Part shown: piece by piece, positions 57,591-64,000 of the stretch
Layout of the letters: each line of letters begins with the position of its first letter
How positions within the stretch are numbered: the stretch's first letter is position 1
Origin: Christensenella sp. UBA1242
Lineage (GTDB): Bacteria; Bacillota; Clostridia; Christensenellales; UBA1242
DNA: 64,000 nucleotides
Assembly: GCA_002308915.1 (NCBI GenBank)
Contig: DBWI01000014.1
Span: forward strand, 5,340-69,339
Direction of reading: 5' to 3'
Made by a program: the position numbers and the translations under genes
Notes under the pieces: generated by a model
Told to the model about the DNA's origin: nothing
The model's database searches: none
What the model saw: only the letters and a program-made list of their open reading frames with translations

Positions 57591-57599
57591 ATTAAGCTC

Positions 57600-58310
57600 C
57601 TAATAAAAATCATATTTATTAACTAGCATTGTCCATTTTAGAACACTCTTTAGGAATGAAGCAATGTATGTTAATTTGGCGGCGGCCAAGACTTTTTTTG
57701 CACATTTTACGTCTTCTTCGTCAAAATATGCATATTTTTGTAGTAATCCTATTGCATTTTCCGATGCTTCTCTTTCTATTTGAATTGTTGAAAGTTTTGC
57801 AATAAGACCACTTAAAAAACAAAATATACCAACAGCAAAAACAGCTATTGCTGGAATAATACTAAAAAATGCAATTGGAATTGCAATTAGAACAAATGGC
57901 AAAGCGAGTTTTGATACAATAGAGCAAAAAACCAATTTTCTTCCAAACTTTTTCATTTTTTCTGGAGTGTCACGATATTGAATTGCGTGACCAAGTTCAT
58001 GTGCACAAACAGAGAATGCCGAAACATTATTTGCAGATGCAACACCTTGGGAAAGAGAGATTGTTTCTTTGTAGTAATTGTCTGTCAAAATTCCTGGAAT
58101 AATTGTTGTTCTTACTCTGCCATGAAATTCATTGTCAGAAACAGTTTGTGCAAATTTGAGAGGAGTGTTGAAATCAACAATTCTTTTTGAAAACTTGTTG
58201 TAAACAACAAGCAAATTTTCGCCAGCAAAATTAGCGACTGCAAGACCAATCACCAACAATAGCACAATTGCACCAATAACTGACAAAATTATAATTGTTT
58301 GTAAATCCAT
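57600..58310 (-). CDS. YugP-like membrane zinc metallopeptidase, second tandem copy
   Basis: FSVCAHELGHAIQY (HExxH), IQIEREASENA and AAAKLTYIASF. 9-nt gap to the downstream copy. Confidence 0.75.
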   Translation of the reverse strand: MDLQTIIILSVIGAIVLLLVIGLAVANFAGENLLVVYNKFSKRIVDFNTPLKFAQTVSDNEFHGRVRTTIIPGILTDNYYKETISLSQGVASANNVSAFSVCAHELGHAIQYRDTPEKMKKFGRKLVFCSIVSKLALPFVLIAIPIAFFSIIPAIAVFAVGIFCFLSGLIAKLSTIQIEREASENAIGLLQKYAYFDEEDVKCAKKVLAAAKLTYIASFLKSVLKWTMLVNKYDFY

Positions 58311-58370
58311 ACATATATAATGTGCAAAAAAAAAGAAAAAGTCAAATCAATTAATGCTTTATAATGCATA

Positions 58371-58399
58371 TTGACAAAAACATGAAAGTGGTGTAATAT
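58371..58399 (+). promoter_or_regulatory. cassette 1 promoter
   Basis: TTGACA 58371-58376, 17 nt, TAATAT 58394-58399. Near-identical to the sequences at 59620 and 60766. Confidence 0.6.
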
Positions 58400-58422
58400 A
58401 AAAACATAAGGGGAGAAAAATT

Positions 58423-59577
58423 ATGGCAAAATTAACAGAAAAAGAAGTTGTTGAACAAATAATAAATGCAGATATCAACTTTTTTGATGAATTAGAAGAA
58501 GAAAAAGAATACAAAGAGCTTCAAGAGATTTATAAAGAAGAAGAAAAACTTGCAGAAAAAGCAGAAAAAGAAGCAAAGCCATTCGAAGAAATTCAAGAAC
58601 AAATGAAAAATGATTTTCGTAAAATAATTGCGGAAAATTATTTTATTGATACTCATGAAACATGGAATGGGGAATATGGACCTGATGCTAGTTGGGATTA
58701 TAGTGATAACCTTTATATTAATGGCCATTTGTTAATTGAAGATACTATGTTACATGACCATTGGGATAGGGGAGATGTTTTAAGTATTCCAGCATCTCAA
58801 TTTGAAAAAATAATAGATGCATCGCTTAAATTAAAAGAAGAATTAGATAAACATGTTATTCGTTACAATGAATTGTTAGAACAACCAGAAGTTGTAGAAT
58901 ATAATAATCTCCAAAATCAAATAGACGAATTGTCAAAACAAAAAGGATTGGGAGCAAAATTAAAGTTAGCTCAATTAAATTCAAAGAAAAAGAAAATGCT
59001 CAAAAACCCAGCAGTTAAAGAATTTGATGACATAATAAAAGTATTTGATGTTAATCTTTATAATAAACTTGAAGAAGTTATTCCAGTACTTCAAGAAAAA
59101 AATGAAAAATACAGAAAAGCAAAAGAAGATGAAGAAAAAGTATGGAGTGATTTAAAAAGTAAATTTAAATTTAGCGAAGATGAAAAATATTCTCTTTGGT
59201 ATTGGGAAGAAGATAGAATAAATAATAAGTTAAGGGAACTAGATAAAAAGATAAAAGGAATAAAAATTCCAAGAGAAAAAGCTACCAAATTGTTAATTCT
59301 TGCACAGTTTTATAGAGAACATGAAGCAGAATACAAAGATGACCGTAAAACACTTCTTATGATATATGCAGAGAATATGGATAAAGAATTAAAAGAAGAT
59401 TTTAAGACAGCTTTAAGTGCATATGACAAAGCAATTAATATTGCAAAGACAGAAGGAAAGGCGGATTTCAAAAAGCTTACAATTTTGGAACAATTGGATT
59501 ACTTTGAAGCAGGTAAAAAAGTTATTAAAGCAGAAAAGGAATTTGGAAAGCTTAATAATGGCGATGGTAAACAATAA
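58423..59577 (+). CDS. uncharacterised MAKLTEKE-family protein, cassette 1 of 3 (384 aa)
   Basis: RBS GGGGAG. N-terminus MAKLTEKEVVEQI. Conserved C-terminal block FYREHEAEY...RKTLLMIYAEN...YFEAGKKVIKAEKEF. No signal peptide or TM helix; highly charged and helical. Confidence 0.8.
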   Translation: MAKLTEKEVVEQIINADINFFDELEEEKEYKELQEIYKEEEKLAEKAEKEAKPFEEIQEQMKNDFRKIIAENYFIDTHETWNGEYGPDASWDYSDNLYINGHLLIEDTMLHDHWDRGDVLSIPASQFEKIIDASLKLKEELDKHVIRYNELLEQPEVVEYNNLQNQIDELSKQKGLGAKLKLAQLNSKKKKMLKNPAVKEFDDIIKVFDVNLYNKLEEVIPVLQEKNEKYRKAKEDEEKVWSDLKSKFKFSEDEKYSLWYWEEDRINNKLRELDKKIKGIKIPREKATKLLILAQFYREHEAEYKDDRKTLLMIYAENMDKELKEDFKTALSAYDKAINIAKTEGKADFKKLTILEQLDYFEAGKKVIKAEKEFGKLNNGDGKQ

Positions 59578-59587
59578 TAAACAAAAA

Positions 59588-59611
59588 GGCACACCACTTG
59601 GTGTGTTTTTT
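59588..59611 (+). terminator. cassette 1 terminator
   Basis: CACACCA CT TGGTGTG followed by T6. Confidence 0.75.
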
Positions 59612-59619
59612 ATTGTATA

Positions 59620-59648
59620 TTGACAAAAACAAGAAAGTGGTGTAATAT
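59620..59648 (+). promoter_or_regulatory. cassette 2 promoter
   Basis: TTGACA 59620-59625, 17 nt, TAATAT 59643-59648. Confidence 0.6.
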
Positions 59649-59671
59649 AAAAATATAAAGGGAGAAAAATT

Positions 59672-60721
59672 ATGGCAAAATTAACAGAAAAAGAAGTTGT
59701 TGAACAAATCAATAGTGAAGATATTTCACTATTAGATAATTATGCGCCACATATTGCAGACAAAGAAAGTCTTGTAAAATTTGAAAAAGACAAGGAAGTT
59801 GCAGAAAAAAGAAGAAGAGAAAAAGAAGACGAACTTGACAAGTTTTTTGAAGGAATAGGGGTTGAAGACCGTGTTACTGGTTCTCATGATGAAGGATATG
59901 GTAGAGACAGAGATACCTACTATGATGTTGTTTTATGTATTGGTGGTTGTACTATTGATAAAAAATTAGATAGTTGGAGTAGTCATTTTTCTATAGATGA
60001 AAAAGTTGAAGCATTAAATGAATTTTTAAAAGAATACAATGAAAAACAAAATAGATTTAATCACCTTGTTGCTGGGAAAGAACTTGAAGAATACAATAAT
60101 CTTATTGATGAATTAAATGAAATTAAAAACAAGGGATTTTTTGGAAAACTTGCAGCAAGTGGCAGAGTTAGACAAATAAATAAAAGATTGGCAGAGCTCA
60201 AAAAATATGCTGATGAATATAATGAATTAAATTTCGATTTGAAAGTCAAAAAAAATGCATATGACAAAGTTTCTGGCATTGAAAACGAAATGAATGAAAA
60301 GTTTGAAGAGTTAAAAAAATTAGAAGAATTAGAAAAGTCTTTTAGGTATGGTTATAATTATTGGGACCGTGGCGAAAGATATAAAGAGAAAGACGAAACA
60401 GAAGAAAGAATTAAAAACAGAGAAAAGAATGTTAAAAACTTTAAACTTGTTAAGTTTTATAGAGAGCACGAAGCTGAATTTGCAAACACCAGAAAAACTC
60501 TTCTTATGATATATGCAGAAAATACAAACCAAGAATTCCAAGAGAATTTCAAAGATATGTTAAAAGCTTATGACCAGGCTGCTAAGATTGCAAAAGAGGA
60601 AGGCAAAGATTTTGCAACACTCAAAGAAGTAGAGCAATTTGAGTATTTTGAAGCAGCTCAAAAGGTTATTGAAGCAAACAAAAAATTTGATGCACACAAA
60701 CAGGGCGGCGGAAAAGAATAA
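59672..60721 (+). CDS. uncharacterised MAKLTEKE-family protein, cassette 2 of 3 (349 aa)
   Basis: The first ~40 nt of coding sequence and the 5'UTR are almost identical to cassette 1. The C-terminus KFYREHEAEFANTRKTLLMIYAEN...FEYFEAAQKVIEANKKFDAHKQGGGKE. Confidence 0.8.
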   Translation: MAKLTEKEVVEQINSEDISLLDNYAPHIADKESLVKFEKDKEVAEKRRREKEDELDKFFEGIGVEDRVTGSHDEGYGRDRDTYYDVVLCIGGCTIDKKLDSWSSHFSIDEKVEALNEFLKEYNEKQNRFNHLVAGKELEEYNNLIDELNEIKNKGFFGKLAASGRVRQINKRLAELKKYADEYNELNFDLKVKKNAYDKVSGIENEMNEKFEELKKLEELEKSFRYGYNYWDRGERYKEKDETEERIKNREKNVKNFKLVKFYREHEAEFANTRKTLLMIYAENTNQEFQENFKDMLKAYDQAAKIAKEEGKDFATLKEVEQFEYFEAAQKVIEANKKFDAHKQGGGKE

Positions 60722-60732
60722 AACAAAAGCAA

Positions 60733-60758
60733 GGCACACCACTTGGTGTGTCTTTTTG
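60733..60758 (+). terminator. cassette 2 terminator
   Basis: CACACCA CT TGGTGTG then TCTTTTT. Confidence 0.7.
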
Positions 60759-60765
60759 TTGCATA

Positions 60766-60794
60766 TTGACAAAAACAAGAAAGTTGTGTAATAT
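60766..60794 (+). promoter_or_regulatory. cassette 3 promoter
   Basis: TTGACA 60766-60771, 17 nt, TAATAT 60789-60794. Confidence 0.6.
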
Positions 60795-60817
60795 AAAAAC
60801 ATAAAGGGAGAAAAATT

Positions 60818-61870
60818 ATGGCCAAATTAACAGAAAGAGATGTGTTTGAAGCGCTTAGAAACCTTGATACTAGTTTTTTGGATGACTATAAACCATATAA
60901 CGATGATTATGCTACGACGATAAAATTTCATGAAGGCAAAAGAACTTCCGAAAGTAATTATTTTAATGCAGCAGGAAAAGTACAGAAGGCGATAGATAAG
61001 TGTTTAATTCGTGAGAAATCAAATTTTGTAAGACATGATGGCGATTTGGAGGGTGATAATTTATATAATTACGACTTGTATATTGCAGGAGTAAATGTTT
61101 CTCATATTACTGATATTGAGTATTATGAATATCCGCTAAAAAAGAAAATTGAGTATGCTCAAGAATTTGTGAAAGAATTTAAACAGAATTATGAAAAAAA
61201 CAAAAAAAGGCTAGAAGAACTTACTGCTAGTCCAGAAATTGCTGAATATAACAATCTTATTAATGTATTAGATAAAATAGATAATAAAGGATTTTTTGGA
61301 AGACTTACCGAAGAATCAAAAATTAGACAAATAAGAAAAAGATTAGAAGAACTCAAAAAATATGTTGATGATTACAATAACTTAAAGAAATATGTTAAAG
61401 ATTATAAAGATGGAGATGTGGTTGTTGAAAATTTGCCAAAGTTAATAGAAGCGATTCGAGAACGCGATGCCATGTATGATGTGTACAGAATTTATCATAA
61501 TGAAAATAGATTTAATGATTCAAAAGAATATTTAGACTACCAAAATGCAAAAAAACAAGTTTCCAAAAGAGAATCTAATGCAAAGGATTTTAAGATTGTT
61601 AAGTTTTATAGAGAGCATGAAGCAGAATTTGCAAATACCTCCAAAACTCTTATTATGATTTATCAAGAAATTCTAGGCGAAAGATATTTGGAAAACTTTA
61701 AAGATATGCTGGTAGCATATAATCAAGCCGGCGTTATTGCAAAAAAAGAAGGAAAAGATTTTAACGCTCTTCAAGAAAGCGAACAATTTGGGTACTTTGA
61801 GGCAGCTCAAAAAGTTGTTGAAGCAAACAATAAATTTAATGCACACAAAGAGGGTGGCGGAAAAGAATAA
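60818..61870 (+). CDS. uncharacterised MAKLTEKE-family protein, cassette 3 of 3 (350 aa)
   Basis: MAKLTERDVFEAL... The C-terminus KFYREHEAEFANTSKTLIMIYQE...FGYFEAAQKVVEANNKFNAHKEGGGKE. Confidence 0.8.
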   Translation: MAKLTERDVFEALRNLDTSFLDDYKPYNDDYATTIKFHEGKRTSESNYFNAAGKVQKAIDKCLIREKSNFVRHDGDLEGDNLYNYDLYIAGVNVSHITDIEYYEYPLKKKIEYAQEFVKEFKQNYEKNKKRLEELTASPEIAEYNNLINVLDKIDNKGFFGRLTEESKIRQIRKRLEELKKYVDDYNNLKKYVKDYKDGDVVVENLPKLIEAIRERDAMYDVYRIYHNENRFNDSKEYLDYQNAKKQVSKRESNAKDFKIVKFYREHEAEFANTSKTLIMIYQEILGERYLENFKDMLVAYNQAGVIAKKEGKDFNALQESEQFGYFEAAQKVVEANNKFNAHKEGGGKE

Positions 61871-61881
61871 AAATAAAAAAG

Positions 61882-61909
61882 ACATATCCAATAAAGGATA
61901 TGTTTTTTT
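61882..61909 (+). terminator. cassette 3 terminator
   Basis: ACATATCC AATAAA GGATATGT followed by T7. Confidence 0.75.
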
Positions 61910-61972
61910 ATGCATAATTTCAAATTTTTTCTTGACAACAGAGAAAAAATAATATAACATATAGAAGATTTT

Positions 61973-62054
61973 GCGAGTATGGCGGAATGGCAGACGCGCT
62001 TGTTTAAGGGGCAAGTGGGAAACCGTATGGGTTCAAGTCCCGTTACTCGCACCA
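61973..62054 (+). tRNA. tRNA-Leu (class II; anticodon read manually as AAG)
   Basis: GCGAGTA-TG-GCG-GAATGGCAGA-CGC-G-CTTGT-TTAAGGG-GCAAG-TGGGAAACCGT-ATGGG-TTCAAGT-CCCGT-TACTCGC-A-CCA. Long variable arm. The anticodon assignment needs tRNAscan confirmation. Confidence 0.8.
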
Positions 62055-62088
62055 AATTCACACTCAAGTTGGGTGTGTTTTTTTATTT
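62039..62088 (+). repeat. direct repeat copy A (tRNA-Leu 3' end plus terminator)
   Basis: CCCGTTACTCGCACCAAATTCACACTCA (62039-62066) is identical to 62213-62240. The following hairpin and T-run are also conserved except for the loop. Confidence 0.85.
62059..62084 (+). terminator. terminator after tRNA-Leu
   Basis: CACACTCA AGT TGGGTGTG followed by T7. Confidence 0.75.
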
Positions 62089-62212
62089 ATTTTTTTGAAA
62101 AAATTAAATGGACTTGAACCCAAGGGTTCAACCCTTGTCGGGCTGACCGAAACAGAGTTTCTCCCGGCTTTGGCTAAAAACTTGCCACTGGCAACTTTTT
62201 TCACGCGTCGCC

Positions 62213-62261
62213 CCCGTTACTCGCACCAAATTCACACTCATATTGAGTGTGTTTTTTATTT
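62213..62261 (+). repeat. direct repeat copy B (orphan tRNA-Leu 3' end plus terminator)
   Basis: The same 28-nt core, then CACACTCA TAT TGAGTGTG followed by T6 (62233-62257). It lies 174 bp downstream of copy A with no tRNA body in front of it. Confidence 0.85.
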
Positions 62262-62320
62262 GTATAAAAATAATTTTGCATATTTTTTTTATTTATGTTA
62301 AATTATTAACGGAGACTTTT

Positions 62321-63412
62321 ATGAAAAATATAATTTTAACAGCAGATAGACCAACTGGAAACTTGCATATTGGGCATTTTGTAGGGTCACTTCGTGAAAG
62401 AGTTAGAATGCAAAACGAAACAGAATATGATGATTTGTTTGTTATGATTGCAGATGCGCAAGCATTAACAGACAATGCAGATAATCCACAAAAAATTAGG
62501 GATAATGTTATGGAAGTTATGCTTGATTATTTGGCTGTTGGACTTGATCCACAAAAAACAACTTTTTGTCTTCAATCCGAAATAACTGCGTTGCCAGAAA
62601 TAACATTATATTATATGAATCTTGTATCTTTGCCAAGACTTCTTAGGAACCCAACAGTAAAAACAGAAATTGGAATGAGAGGATTTGATAAGAATACTGG
62701 TGTGCCAGTTGGATTTGCTTGTTATCCAATAAGTCAAGCTGCAGATATTACAGCATTCAAGGCAAACCTAATTCCTGTTGGGGAAGATCAAGAACCAATG
62801 CTTGAACAAACAAGAGAAATTGTTCGTGCTTTTAACAGAATATACAAAACAGATATTCTTGTTGAGTGCAAAGCAATGCTTGGTAGAAATAAAGAGAGTA
62901 TGCGTCTTCCTGGTACAGATGGAAATGCAAAAATGAGCAAGTCAATTGGTAATTGTATATATCTTTGTGATGAGCCAGATGTAATTAAAAAGAAAGTTAA
63001 TTCAATTGCTACCGCTCCAAGGAAGTTAGAAGAGCCTGGTGATGTTGAAAATAGTGTGTTATTCACATATCTTCGTGCATTTTGTGAAGATAAACATTTT
63101 GAAATGTTCTATCCAGAATATGCCAATTTAAAAGAATTGGAAGCTGCTTATGCAAAAGGTGGACTTGGTGATGGTAAGGTTAAAAAATTTCTTTTTGATG
63201 TACTTAATGATGTTTTGACTCCTATTCGTGAAAGAAGGAAAGAAATGTCTAAGCACATTCCAGAGATTTTAGAAATACTCAAAAAGGGTACACAAAAAGC
63301 AAATCAAGTTGCAGATAATACACTTCATGAAATAAAGCGAGCAATGGGTATTGATTACTATAGTGATAATAGTTTTGCAGAAGAACAAATAAAAAAATAC
63401 TCAAATAAGTAA
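62321..63412 (+). CDS. trpS: tryptophanyl-tRNA synthetase
   Basis: Start at ATG 62321 behind GGAG at 62311-62314 (the track ORF starts upstream inside the terminator). HIGH-type GNLHIGHF, KMSKS as AKMSKS, and a TrpRS II-like length of 363 aa. Confidence 0.93.
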   Translation: MKNIILTADRPTGNLHIGHFVGSLRERVRMQNETEYDDLFVMIADAQALTDNADNPQKIRDNVMEVMLDYLAVGLDPQKTTFCLQSEITALPEITLYYMNLVSLPRLLRNPTVKTEIGMRGFDKNTGVPVGFACYPISQAADITAFKANLIPVGEDQEPMLEQTREIVRAFNRIYKTDILVECKAMLGRNKESMRLPGTDGNAKMSKSIGNCIYLCDEPDVIKKKVNSIATAPRKLEEPGDVENSVLFTYLRAFCEDKHFEMFYPEYANLKELEAAYAKGGLGDGKVKKFLFDVLNDVLTPIRERRKEMSKHIPEILEILKKGTQKANQVADNTLHEIKRAMGIDYYSDNSFAEEQIKKYSNK

Positions 63413-63430
63413 AATAAAAAATAATTGTTG

Positions 63431-63464
63431 TTGACATTCTGATATTCATTTGTTAGAATGTCAA
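63431..63464 (+). promoter_or_regulatory. tRNA-Trp promoter embedded in a 10-bp inverted repeat
   Basis: TTGACA 63431-63436, 17 nt, TGtTAGAAT (-10 at 63454-63459). TTGACATTCT (63431-63440) is the exact reverse complement of AGAATGTCAA (63455-63464). Confidence 0.6.
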
Positions 63465-63470
63465 ATGTAT

Positions 63471-63546
63471 AGGCGAATAGCTCAGTTGGTAGAGTCGCGG
63501 TCTCCAAAACCGTTGGTCGTGGGTTCGAGTCCTACTTCGCCTGCCA
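63471..63546 (+). tRNA. tRNA-Trp (anticodon CCA)
   Basis: AGGCGAA acceptor / TTCGCCT, anticodon arm GCGGT-CTCCAAA-ACCGT, T arm GTGGG-TTCGAGT-CCTAC, G73, CCA encoded. 76 nt. Confidence 0.9.
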
Positions 63547-63558
63547 AAGTAAAATAAG

Positions 63559-63584
63559 GTTAAGTTTTGTACTTAACTTTTTTA
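63559..63584 (+). terminator. terminator after tRNA-Trp
   Basis: GTTAAGT TTTGT ACTTAAC followed by T6. Confidence 0.75.
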
Positions 63585-63634
63585 TTTTAAAACAATAGGG
63601 AAATAGGGATTAAGTCCGCAGGTTAACTGACATA

Positions 63635-63666
63635 GAAAAAGAAGTCATATTTTGACTTCTTTTTTA
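63635..63666. terminator. bidirectional terminator
   Basis: GAAGTCA(63641-63647) TATTT TGACTTC(63653-63659) with A-rich sequence before and a T-run after. It follows the stop of the minus-strand 86-aa gene. Confidence 0.7.
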
Positions 63667-63669
63667 TTT

Positions 63670-63930
63670 TTAATTTTCATTAAGTTCTTTGATATATTGT
63701 TCAATGAGTTCTTTTGGAGCTTTGCCACTTTCTTCCAATTCATCAATTAATGTGTAGAGAAGAACTGTTTTTTCATGTTCAACATATTTTTCCAATTTAA
63801 CCATTGCATCAATATTTAGTGGATTTCCACATTTTGGGCAAAAATTCAATTTTAAATCTTTGTCTTTTGAAACCTTTTGATTACATTCTGCACAAAAGAT
63901 TTCTCCATTTTGTGTTTTTATTCCTTGCAT
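63670..63930 (-). CDS. zinc-ribbon protein (86 aa)
   Basis: CAECNQKV...CPKCGNPL (CxxC-x17-CxxC). RBS GGAGGGC. The start lies 1 nt after the stop of the upstream partial ORF. Confidence 0.55.
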   Translation of the reverse strand: MQGIKTQNGEIFCAECNQKVSKDKDLKLNFCPKCGNPLNIDAMVKLEKYVEHEKTVLLYTLIDELEESGKAPKELIEQYIKELNEN

Positions 63931-63931
63931 T

Positions 63932-64000
63932 TTAGCCCTCCATTACTTTGTCGGTTTTTGATGTTTCTTCTGTTTTTGTTGTCTTTTTTCCATGAACTAC
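63932..64000 (-). CDS. 3' end of an unidentified gene (partial, 22 codons)
   Basis: Open minus-strand frame ...VVHGKKTTKTEETSKTDKVMEG then TAA at 63934-63932. Too short to classify. Confidence 0.3.
   Translation of the reverse strand, partial: VVHGKKTTKTEETSKTDKVMEG

Noticed and set aside
59588-62084. Possible relationship between the CACACCA/TGGTGTG cassette terminators and the CACACTCA/TGGGTGTG tRNA-Leu terminator
   Set aside because: The similarity is limited to a short CA/TG-rich stem. That is insufficient to claim common origin.
61973-62263. Intact integrative element or prophage at tRNA-Leu
   Set aside because: Only 174 bp separate the direct repeats, and no integrase, excisionase or other mobile-element gene is present anywhere nearby. 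It is reported only as a footprint.
62095-62301. 68-aa ORF between tRNA-Leu and trpS
   Set aside because: It spans hairpins, the orphan tRNA 3' end copy and a terminator. It has no RBS, and its composition changes abruptly.
62086-62320. T-box riboswitch upstream of trpS (a TGGC that could pair with the GCCA end of tRNA-Trp, plus a terminator)
   Set aside because: No Stem I, specifier loop or T-box consensus is present. Nothing upstream can pair with the terminator 5' arm CACACTCA to form an antiterminator. The terminator is a copy of the tRNA-Leu terminator, so the region is better explained as a duplication. An Infernal scan is still needed to be sure.

Overview
This is a 64-kb segment of a low-GC (about 30% by eye), genetic-code-11 Firmicutes/Mollicutes-like chromosome around the replication-origin gene set. 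Core genes recognised are leuS, dnaA, dnaN, hisS, tsaD, prfB (with the canonical CTT TGA C +1 frameshift), tmk, a tlyA-like gene, parB, parA, rsmG, mnmG, mnmE and trpS. There are five tRNAs: Glu-CTC, Ala-TGC, His-GTG, Leu and Trp-CCA. Seven accessory features stand out. (i) Two very large secreted repeat proteins with cohesin-like and dockerin-like modules sit at the left edge. (ii) An opposite-strand cassette of RHH regulator, nuclease-methyltransferase fusion and HsdS-like subunit (Type IIB-like R-M) is wedged between mnmG and mnmE and bracketed by related hairpin elements. (iii) Five tandem, overlapping HipA_C-like kinase-fold paralogs read straight into mnmE. (iv) Three tandem cassettes of an unrecognisable protein family each carry their own near-identical promoter. 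(v) A 540-bp noncoding gap next to parB holds four identical parS palindromes and four perfect DnaA boxes, 17 kb from dnaA. (vi) A His-codon mini-ORF with a chain of alternative hairpins precedes hisS. (vii) The tRNA-Leu 3' end is duplicated around a GC-rich island. No rRNA, CRISPR array, transposase or integrase gene was seen. All calls come from manual reading of the sequence and the ORF track. No database search, covariance model or GC-skew computation was possible.
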